DNA of 64,000 nt from NCBI RefSeq assembly GCF_039654945.1, contig NW_027361675.1:61070001-61134000 (forward strand). Direction: 5' to 3'. The first letter of the stretch is position 1, and each line of letters opens with the position of its first letter. A program made the translations under genes and the position numbers. Positions 12,801 through 23,081 of this stretch are shown here, piece after piece. Source of the stretch: Dendrobates tinctorius. Lineage: Eukaryota. The notes beneath the pieces were generated by a model, which ran no database searches, had not been told where the DNA came from, and was given only the letters and a program-made list of their open reading frames with translations.

Positions 12801-15232
12801 TTAACAGGGTTGACCACATCGAGGGGGGGGTAGGGGAATGGGGAGGGAGTTGGTGAGGACCAGAAGTGGAAGGGGGGGTTTAACACATGTGGTTGGGACG
12901 GGAGTGGATGGACAGACGAGGTTTGTGGGTACATTGAAGGTGTATGTGGGGGTGGGTATGGTGAGGGCATTGGGGTATAAGGAAAATGGGGAAGGAAGGT
13001 ACTGGGAACAATGGAATGGGGAACTAGAGAAAGGAGAGGGAGTGGTAGGAGGAGGGACGGCTGTATGATGGATGGTGGTGGAAGGATGGACGGGGGAAGG
13101 ATGGATGGGGGAAGGATGGACAGGGGGAGGATGGACAGGGGGAGGATGAGATGCTTCAGCAAGCACTTCCACTAGAGCATTGTGACAGGCTTGCATCACA
13201 TGCATCTGCTGGTGAGTACTTAAACCTTCCATTTGCCGGACAACAGATTGAAAAAAGGTATGTCTCGGTGTCTGGTTTGATTCTAAATTCATCTGTTCCA
13301 TGTATCTTCTGAGTTCCATGATACTTTGATTGATCATGGTCAACCCAGAAGATAACCGTTGTCCATAAGTGTGGAAACCGTGCTGAACAGATGAGTTTAG
13401 ACTCAAACAGTCAGACAAGGTCATCCTTTCCTGACTCCTCAGACGCTGCCGGCCAGAACCAAAAGTTGGTTGAGATGTTGCGGCAGTGTCTGAGGGGTGG
13501 GGAACAGGGAACAAGTCGTCACCAGCAGCTTCATGTGATGAAGTCTGCCCTGCTGCTCCAGTGCTGGTGGAGGGGATAGAGGGATGAGACATGAGGGTAG
13601 GTACAGAGGGGTCGGATACCTCGATGTGGTCACCGGGGGCGGTCTCACTAGGGATCACTCCAGAGGGACGCAACTCTGATGCAGACTCCCGAGTGCTGCA
13701 GATGGTGCTAAAAAAAGGAGAAAAAATGTATATTACAAATATTGATATTTAATTTTAGTCTGCTGAAAAAAAATTTGGTTAAACATTTCTACTACAGAAA
13801 TGGTTTGGGGAATATTTACCTTCTGCACACCATTGTTGATTGCAGGAACGCCAGGGCTTTGTAGTTTTTATACTGGGGTCCCCGGCGTCCTCCCGATCCA
13901 CTCGGGGTCTGACTCTCTTTGTTGTAGTCCCTCTTGAAGCGATCCCGGAGCGACCGCCACCGTGTGATAACCCTGTCACCTGTGAAAAAAAAAAAGGTTT
14001 AGTATTCAACACTTCACATGCTGGAATATAAGTTACTGAAGTTGTAATACTTACGCACAAAATTCCTGGCCCTCGCATTGAGTTCCTCCCAGTTGTCAAT
14101 AACCTCGGAACACACCTCATCCCAGAGCCGTCGGGTGGTTGGTTGGTCGGCGTGTACACGGTTTGCCATGTTCCACAGTGGCTCCCGGTTTTCCACCTCA
14201 CGGATGAGGTCATCAGTATCGATAACCACATCCTCCTCCAGATGACTGCGGGGAGCACGCTGTGAAACCTGTGAAGATGAAAAACAAAACAAAAAACAAA
14301 AAATTACATTCTATTCAAACACATGATGTTCATTTAAACAATTATCCAAATAGGGTTACTTACCGTTTGCCGACCAACAGATGCATCACCTTGACGACCC
14401 TGGGATGTCCTGGGAGTCACTCTAGTGCGGGCACCGGATTCTGAAGACTGTGGGGAAAAAAAAAAAAAAAAAAATTTGTTTGGATGGATGCGTAGTTATT
14501 GTGTGTGCACTGTGATGAATGTTTGTGTTGGGTGTAGCATTATGTATGTGTGTATGTGCTAAACTTACACTCTGCGCACCCCCTCCTTGCATCTCTCCAC
14601 CCTGCACGTCTCCTCCTGGAAGCTCCTCTGAACCAGCTTCCTGTTAAAACATAATACATGGATATTGTTTTTAACCAAAAAAAAAAATATTTTAAATAAA
14701 AAAAAAAAAATTTTTTTACCTCAGCTCGCTGATGATGTGAGGGGGAGCTTTCAGGAGAAGACATTATGGTTTGGTGCAGCAGCTGCGGTGATTCCTGAAG
14801 TGATCTGCAAGTATAAAGACAATTGTTAAGCTACTATACAAAGGATCATAATAAGCTTTCAGGCCTTTATACTTACAGGGAAAATAAAGGTTGGCTGGTC
14901 GTCTCTGCTGCAGCCTGTTCGACCATCCCCGCTGCGGCCTGTCCAACCATCTCCGCTTCTGCCTGTCTCACCGTCTCTGCTGCGGTCTGGCTGGTGGTGC
15001 TTGCTGAAGTGATCTGCAAGTATAAAGACAATTGTTAAGCTACTATACAAAGGATCATAATAAGCTTTCAGGTCTTTATACTTACAGGGAAACTAATTGT
15101 TGCCTGTACTCTGCCGCGGCCTGGGTGTTCCTCTCTGCTGCGCTCTTGCCGTTCCTCCCTGCTGCGCTCTCTTTGATCATCCCTTCTGCGGTCTGGCTGG
15201 CTGTGTCTGCTGGTTTTTTGGTGCCTCTTCAT
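12801..15232 (-). CDS. Harbinger MADF/Myb-like DNA-binding protein; exons 15232-15086, 15013-14877, 14804-14720, 14640-14569, 14447-14364, 14268-14055, 13979-13820, 13707-12801
   Basis: All introns GT-AG with consistent phases. MADF domain LIREVENREPLWNM...RRLWDEVC...RWRSLRDRF. BESS-like FFQSVVRQMEGLSTHQQMHVMQAC. Start is either ATG 14764 (~493 aa) or in-frame ATG 15232 (~601 aa). Confidence 0.85.
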
Positions 15233-15299
15233 TATTAAGTGATCTGCAAGTATTAAGAAAATGATTTTAAGTGTTTGCATGTCTACATTTCCTTATCTC

Positions 15300-15680
15300 A
15301 CCGAGTGTAACCACAGTGATTGAAGGTGTGTAATATTTTGTGTAAACCCACTATTTTTTGGCATGTGAATTCCCTGAAAGTGTCACCAAGTGTAACCAGT
15401 GATTGAAGGTGTCACCAAGTTTAACCAGTGATTGAAGGTGTGTGATTACTGTGTATACCAGTGTTTGTATTCCCTCACTCTCACCGAGTGTAACCAGTGA
15501 TTGAAGGTGTCACCAAGTGTAACCAGTGATTGAAGGTGTGTAATTGCTGTGTATACCAGTGTTTGTATTCCCTCAAACTCTCACTGAGAGTGTAACCAGT
15601 GATTGAAGGTGTTTAATTTGTGTATACCCACACTGTGTTTGCATGTTTTTGAATTCCCTGAAAAACTCAGCTGTGTATAC
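15300..15680. repeat. Degenerate short tandem repeats (AACCAGTGATTGAAGGTGT) in the MADF 5' intron
   Basis: Motif recurs about 6 times. Confidence 0.75.
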
Positions 15681-16111
15681 CCAGATTATTTTCATCTTGC
15701 AATCTCTCACTTTTAACCACACTTGTATACCAAAAATTTAATGTACCTTTATGGTAACTTAATTTTACCTTTTTTTTAAATGATACAAAGGAGATTTTTT
15801 CAAAACAGTTTTTTTTTTTTCCAACAAATAGAAGCTACTCTGCTCTTTATTTTAAATACCACAATAAATGAAAAATAAAAAAACGTACAGATACAATAAC
15901 ACCACAATTGCAAATCTGAAAATAAAATAAAAAAAACCCACACAAACACGCATAACACACAGCCAGGCCACACACACACACACAGTCTTGCAGGTGGAAG
16001 ATTTGCAGCTGAGTTTGATAGTCAGGCTGGTGTTTGATGTCTGGTTCGGTGTCTTCAGTGTGGCTGTTGCCAGATGTCTGGGCCCATTTACACCGCATAC
16101 AATACCAGTTA

Positions 16112-16496
16112 GGCCGGTTTCACATTTGCACTTTATAGCGCAGCGATGGCCTGCACACGTCCGCCAATAATCCCCGCCTACTACCGCACATGAAACCTTG
16201 CGATCTGCGCACCGTATCTTTAGCATAAGGTGCGCAGATGGTGCGCTGGCCATATTTTACAATGTGCTGCGCACTTTTGAAGGTGTGCCCTTGTGCGCCA
16301 AACGCAGCATGTTGCATTTTGGCGCACATGGCACACCTTAAAAAGCGTGCAGAACACGGTAAAATACGGCCAGCGCACCATCTGCTAAAAATAGGGTGCG
16401 CAGATTGCAAGCGTTCATGTGCGCTAGTAGGTAGGGATTAGTGGTGGCCATGTGCAGGCCCTTGCTGCGCTATAAAGTGCAAATGTGAAACCGGCC
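16112..16496. mobile_element. Nested palindromic Harbinger MITE
   Basis: TIR GGCCGGTTTCACATTTGCACTTTATAGCGCAGC at both ends. Flanks are TTA / TAA. Confidence 0.85.
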
Positions 16497-16631
16497 TAAC
16501 TTTGTATGTGGTGTAATTGGGCCCAGACATCTACATCAAACACCAGTCTACATCAAACACCAGCCTATCAGTCAGGCTAGTGTTTGATGTAGATGTCTGG
16601 GCCCAATTACACCACATACAATACCAGTTTA

Positions 16632-16997
16632 GGCCGGTTTCACATTTGCACTTTATAGCGCAGCGAGGGCCTGCACACGGCCACCACTAATCCCCACCTA
16701 CTAGCGCACATGAACGCTTGCGATCTGCGCACCCTATTTTTAGCAGATGATGCGCTGGCCGTATTTTACCGTGTTCTGCACACTTTTTAAGGTGTGCCGT
16801 GTGCGCCAAAATGCAACATGCTGCGTTTGGCAAACAAGGGCACACCTTCAAAAGTGCGCAGTACACGGTAAAATACGGCCAGCGCACCATCTACGCACCC
16901 TATGCTAAAGACAGGCTGCGCAGATCGCAAGCGTTCATGTGTGGTAGTAGGCAGAAATGACCGGATGGGGCGGGGATTAGTGGTGGATGTGTGCAGG
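16632..16997. mobile_element. Inverted, truncated second copy of the 16112-16496 MITE
   Basis: Starts GGCCGGTTTCACATTTG, matches the reverse complement of the first copy, and lacks the last ~30 bp. Confidence 0.8.
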
Positions 16998-17116
16998 TTA
17001 TCACAGCACAAAATACAATATGACAGTTGTATGAAAATAAAATGCAGTACACATGCAACAGAAAAAAAAAAGATGGAAAAAAAAATTAAAAAATGCATTA
17101 CAGACACACAGGCCAT

Positions 17117-17151
<35 letters not shown>

Positions 17152-17504
17152 CCAGGGGTCTTGCAGGTGGTAGACTTGCAGCTGGGCAGACAGGTTTTAT
17201 AGCTCTAGTTGAATCTTCTGTCAGGCAGGCTGGAGTCGGATATCTTGCTTGGTGTCTTGTGTTGCTGGTGCCGGATTGTCTGGGCCCAATTACACCACAT
17301 ACCATACACCACTCAGTCACAGCACAAAAAATACAATATAATTACAGTTGAATGAAAATAAAATGCAGTACACAAGCAACAGAAAAAAAAGAGTATGAAA
17401 AAAAAAAAAAAAAAACACTCGCAGACCACACACTAGCAGGCCATACACACACACACACAGAAATGTCATAAATAGGTATACTCACACTTGTAGGTGAGCT
17501 GGTA

Positions 17505-17685
17505 CTGGCAGGCTTGGTGGGTGTCCTCTGGCAGAGGCTTGGTGGGTGTCCTGGCAGAGGCTTGGTGGGTGTGCTGGCAGAGGCTTGGTGGGTGTCCTGG
17601 CAGAGGCTTGGTGGGTGTCCGTCTGGCAGGCTTGGTGGGTGTCCCTCTGGCAGGCTTGGTGGGTGTCCTCTGGCAGGCTTGCTGG
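17505..17685. repeat. ~23-bp minisatellite (GGCAGAGGCTTGGTGGGTGTCCT) in a probable first non-coding exon of the MADF gene
   Basis: About 7 copies. Minus-strand TATATAA at 17720-17726 upstream and a GTGAGT donor at 17485-17480 downstream. Confidence 0.7.
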
Positions 17686-19149
17686 CTGACACTGCATGTC
17701 TGGGCCCAATTAGCCCACCTTATATAGTTTTGGGACTGTCTGGAAAAGTATCTTTTTTTCTGGGCATGCCCAGTGCGATTTTGCGGATCCTGCTGGCGGA
17801 TTCCGCAAAATCGCGGATCCCGGCGGATCCGCCGCACATAGGCGCCCATTCTACCGCTTGGCGGATTACGGCGGATCCGCCGTCATCCGCCATTTTGACG
17901 GCGAAAAAAAACGTTACAAGCTCCGTCCCCCTCAGACAGAATCCGCAAAGAATTTTGCGGATCCGCCAAATATCGGACGCAACGGACGACCATCCGTCAA
18001 AATCCGCCACTAATGTATCCCAATGGGGGAAATGGCGGATCCGCAACAAGAAAAAGCGGATCCGCCATTTTCAAATTTTGGCGGATTTTGACTGATGGCA
18101 AAAAACTGAAGTGTGAAAGAGGCCTAACTGAACTGTGCTGATGGCACACTAGAACGAAACAGATGCTATGTCAAGAGAAATGACTCAAATGACGCTAGGT
18201 ACAAAACCCTGTTAACTTCACAGAGAAGTACAGCACATAGGTTGGGCTTGTTTCGTAACTGAACTGTGCTAATTGCTCACATGAACGAGACAGATGCTAA
18301 GCCAAGCGGAATGAACCGTAAGAAGCTCAGACTCAGAAGGTAGAGAAGTACACACACAAGCAGACAGAGTGAAAGAGTATCCACTCACACCCACCGAACC
18401 TAAATGATACTAGAGTCTTTTAAACCCAAAGCTCAAACCCAAACACTCATGCCCAGCCAGCTGTGACATCGCCCGCGGGCCAATATGGAGCTGCCACGTC
18501 ACCAGAGCAGCTAACGTCCGACCACCAATATGACGACGCCATATCACGGACATTCTCAGTAAGGTGATCTCTGGACTTAGACTCCAGAGCGCTGGGTGGC
18601 ACTGTATAATACTGATTACCATAGACTTGGCTGGAGAGCCAGCAGTAACCACCCATATATCAAGAGCTCAAACAAGGCGCTGGGGCCGACGCCTGTGCAA
18701 TCCCGGCAGCTGGATCAAAATGGGAGACCACAGCACCAGATAATGCCTGGGATCTATCCCGCGCAGCGGGAGAATCCCGGCGCCTAACACATGCCAACTG
18801 AACTCTCCTCTGCTAGAACATTGAGAAGTGTAAGAGAGTCTAGTAGGCATGTGACTGCATGTATGCCAATCACATACATTCGTCTACGTGGCAGGGAAAA
18901 CAGGAATCGTGACAGTGTGCATGTTGCACATTGTCACTCATAGGTAAACTGCAGTCACATAAAGTAAATGCAAATTTGACATCCTCTTAGACTGGACAAC
19001 CAATTTAAATTGATAATAAAGCACTTTGTTTTTGAACATTTATTGAAGTTTTATTACAAATATTGCAAGTAAAAAAATTGTGTAAATTCCCATTGCAATC
19101 AATAAGTTGCTACTAAGCACCTATAAGATGAGAACCAGAATTCATTATA

Positions 19150-20321
19150 CTGGTGCTTCTCACAAAATTAAAATATCATCAAAAGTTAATTTATTTCAGT
19201 TCTTCAATACAAAAGGTGAAACTCATATATTATAGAGAGTCATTACGAACAGAATAAACTATTTCACGTGTTTATTTCTGTTAATGTTGATTATATGGCT
19301 TACAGCCAATGAAAGCCCAAAAGTCATTATCTCTGTAAATAAGAATACTTTATAACACCAGCTTGAAAAATGATTTTAAAATCTGAAATGTTGGCCTACT
19401 GAAATATATGTTCAGTAAATACACTCAATACTTGGTCAGGGCTCCTTTTATAACATTTACTGCATCAATGCAGTGTGGCTTGAAGATGATCAGCCTGTGG
19501 CACCGTTGATGTGTTATGGAAGCCCATGTTGCTTTGATAGCAGCTTTCAGCTCTTCTGCATTGTTGGGTCTGGTGTATCTCATCTTCCTCTTGACAAAAC
19601 CACATAGATTCTCTAAGAGGTTAAGGTCAGGTGAGTTTTCTGGCCAATCAAGCTCAGTGATACTGTTGTTTTCAAACCAGGAATTGGTACTTTTGGCAGT
19701 GTGGACAGGTGCTAGGTCCTGCCGGAGAATTAAATTTCCATCTCCAAAAAGTTTGTCGGCAGAGGGAAGCATGAAGTGGTCTAAAATTTCCTGGTAGATA
19801 GCTGCGCTGACATTGGTCTTGATAAAACACAGTGGACCTACACCAGCAGATGATATGGCTCCCCAAACCATCACTGATTGAGGAAAATTCACACTAGACC
19901 TCAAGCAGCTTGGATTGTGTGCCTCTCCACTCTTCCTCCAGACTCTGGGACCTTGATCTCCAAATGAAATCCAAAATTTACTTTCCTTGGGGAGTGTGTC
20001 AATGACTGCCTTCTGGACATCTGTCAAGTCAGCAGTCTTCCCCATGATTGTGGAGCCTACTGAAAAAGACTAAGGGACCTTTTTAAATGCTTAGGAATCC
20101 TTTGCAGGTGTTTTTGTTAATTATTTAACTCTACTGAGATAATGACTTTTGGGTTTTCTTTGCCTGTAAGCCATAATCATCAACATTAGCAGAAATAAAC
20201 ACTTGAAATAGATCGCTCTGTTAGTATTGACTCTATATAATATATGAGTTTCACTTTTTGCATTGAAGAACTGAAATAAATAAAATTTTTGATGATATTC
20301 TAATTTTGTGAGAAGCACCTG
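19150..20321 (-). mobile_element. Tc1/mariner element with ~200-bp TIRs, internally deleted
   Basis: TA-C(T/A)GGTGCTTCTCACAAAATT termini. ORF 19425-20045 has WGAISSAG, QDLAPVH and SPDLNLLENL (second D and E of DD34E) but lacks most of the paired domain and the first D. Confidence 0.92.
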
Positions 20322-20769
20322 TAAGTGGTATCGTTGCCGAAGGCTGACTTCAGTTTTAGTGCTGCTTCCTAAATTTAGCAACTGCTTGGTGAACTTGCCA
20401 GATTAAGTGAAAAGATGCTATTATCAAACAGTCAGAACCAGAAGAGCTTGGCTTAGAACATTAGCTCAGTATCTGATTAAGGTTTAGCTCATTTAAGATT
20501 TTATCTAGTAGCCTCTGAGCAGATGACATATAGGTGTTGGAGATAATGACCATGTGTCCATGAAAATTCAGCATTCTCTATCACTATTTGATTTTAATCA
20601 GTCTCCACAGAATAGCACAAAAAAGGTTTGAGCGCACAGTTTGCACAGACGAGCCGTCTAGACTATATCCTAAGCCACTTGCATCCTTACAATTATGGAT
20701 GTAAAAGCTACTGCATGGTAATTTATGTCTAGAAGTGACTTATTGAGACAATCTTTACTTTATGATTAC

Positions 20770-22262
20770 AATTAAAAATAATTGAACCCCCATTGCAAAT
20801 TACTTTTATTAACAAAATTTACATAAACAATTTAAATAGTTCAGTCCAATAATATAACAAGTGGTTTTTCTAAATGTAATGCAATATGCCACTTTTAATG
20901 AATACTTCAGTTTCAGAGTCACTCAATTCCTTCATGACATTTTATCCCTTGGTAGAGCACTCATTGATTGGCTGGAATGACCTGTTACAAACTTGATGCA
21001 TTATAAGTTGAGATAAACAAATATATTCAAGTGAAATTAAGTTCTATTTGAATATTACAAAAATATGCATTTGCCAAAATGCATATTTTTTTGTAATTTA
21101 CTTCCAGGTGGATTTAGCAAAATGGCAGCCATTTTTCTAAACAGTAAAGGGCAATCAAAAGGCTAAAAAAAAGAAAATCCTTATACTCACTTCACATTTC
21201 CCTTTCCAGCTGCTCAGCTTCTCACCTTTATCTGTCCAGTCCATGCCGCATCTTCTTATCACCACCACTCTCATTGAAATATTTGAGCATTTCACACATA
21301 AGGTCACAGCACACATGCCATTGTGACATTTTGTGAGCAGTGATCAGAAGATGCAATGAGGGTCGGACAGGTGGCGTTGAAGAGCAGAGGGGCCTGAGAG
21401 GTGAGGTGAGTATAAGGATTTTTTAATTTTTACTACTTACTTTTATTATACTCGGGGGTCTGGAAAAATCCTGAAACTTGATAAGGGGCAATAAATTAAT
21501 GTAGAAGTGGTAAATCCACGCAAACAGGCAAATTAAAATTTTGTATTTATCCAATCATCTAAAATAACAGGACAGCCGCTTCTGGCAGGGTTTCTGACAA
21601 ACCTTAGCCCATTTCTCCTGGGCAGTAGCCTCCAATTTGCTCTTATTCTATAGATTTTTTCAAAATCCCAACAAAGATGAGAGTCAAATTAGATGACTGT
21701 ATTCCCCAATCCGGAATTTTTAAAAATTTCTTTTAGAAGCAAGCCATGGTGGCCTTTCAGGTATGCCTAGCATAATTGTCCTGTTGAATGGTCCAAAGAT
21801 GCCCCAGCTTCAGTTACCTCACAGAAAGCATGATGTTTGTTCCTGGGATTTCCAGATTCTTGATTGAATCCATCTTGCCCTCCACACGCTGCCGATTTCC
21901 AGTGCCAGAACAAGCAAAAAAGTGCAAGATTACCAAACCACCACCATACTTCACTGTATGCAGGGTGCCTTTTTTAGCTCATACCTCTTTCTTCCTCTCC
22001 CAGACATACCACTGATCCGCAGAAATGAAAAATTTCAGTTTGGTTTCATTGCTTCAAAAGACAGACTCCTAAACTGTTGTTTATTTATTGATTTTTAGCA
22101 AATGAAGGGTTATTTTGTGTTGAATGTGGAGAAACCATTTGTTTTATTAGTTGTGTTGAGTTTTTTAAAGTGCTCTTGTTCATTTTAAAGGGTAGAATGT
22201 TTGGAAACTTTGCAAAGAAACCAAACTTGCAGTGAAAGTTGACGAATTTTGATTGAAAATGT
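20770..22262 (-). mobile_element. Highly decayed Tc1-like element with an internal insertion
   Basis: Minus strand 21600-22000 translates to TVKYGGG...GTG..RVEGKMDS...WTIQQDN-like transposase remnants. Boundaries approximate. Confidence 0.55.
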
Positions 22263-22667
22263 AAAAAAAAATAGATTTAACACAACAACTTCATTTCATC
22301 ATTATATCATTTTCTAATCACATATTCCCTATAAATACATACAGATTCTCATCCCCCAAGTTGACATTTTTTTACTTGAGGGGTATCACAGAATCCTTTC
22401 CATACTTCCCATTTTTATTTCTGATACCTAGCAAATATTTGATGTGCTAGAACTGCTGTTATCAAAGTACTATCAATGTAGGGAGATTGACACATTCCTA
22501 CTTTTCTTTTTGCTGACATTTCTTCATCATCTTTTTTCCTTATATCGGTCTAATATGAACAATGACTAGTCAGTTTTAGTATAAAAAAGCATGGACAAAT
22601 GAAAGTACTTAACATTAAACGAAGGTTTCCATCTTTCATTTACTCACATGTAGCATAATCGCAATAA

Positions 22668-23081
22668 GGCTAGTTTCACATTAGTGCTTTTGAGCGCAGC
22701 GACGGCCTGCGCACGGCCGCAGCTAAGCCCCACCCCCTGCCGTGCCTCCGCCGGTAGCTCCGCCTACCGGTGCATGATGCTGCATGTGTCCTGCGTCCCC
22801 TATCCGGCACATGCGCCTTTTTGACGATGCGCCGAGCGCAACCAAAATGCAGCAGGTTGCCTTTGGCACAGGTCGGCGCACCGTCAAAAGGACGCATGCG
22901 CCGCCAAACGCATACTGCGCATGGCCTGAGCCCCAAGTGATAAAGATAGGGGACGCAGGACGCATGCAGCGTCATGCGCCGGTAGGCGGAGCTACCGGCG
23001 GAGGCGTGGCAGGGGACGGGGCTTAGCGGCAGCCGTGCGCAGGCAGTCGCTGCGCTCAAAAGCGCTAGTGTGAAACTAGCC
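22668..23081. mobile_element. 414-bp palindromic Harbinger MITE
   Basis: TIR GGCTAGTTTCACA...TGTGAAACTAGCC with TAA TSD on both sides. Near-complete fold-back. Confidence 0.93.

Larger units (their letters stand above)
10435..18124 (+). mobile_element. Full-length autonomous-type PIF/Harbinger transposon #2 (7690 bp)
   Basis: Perfect 69-bp TIRs (10435-10503 / 18056-18124) starting GGCCTCTTTCACAC. TAA TSD on both sides. CGGATCCG subterminal arrays. Two convergent genes. Confidence 0.97.
10200..18789. mobile_element. Solo LTR (~0.9 kb: 10200-10434 plus 18128-18789) split by Harbinger #2
   Basis: TGTTAGG...CCTAACA termini with 5-bp TSD CATGC (10195-10199, 18790-18794). An internal repeat unit at ~18240 shows the empty target TTG..TAACTGAACTGTGCT. 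Confidence 0.8.
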
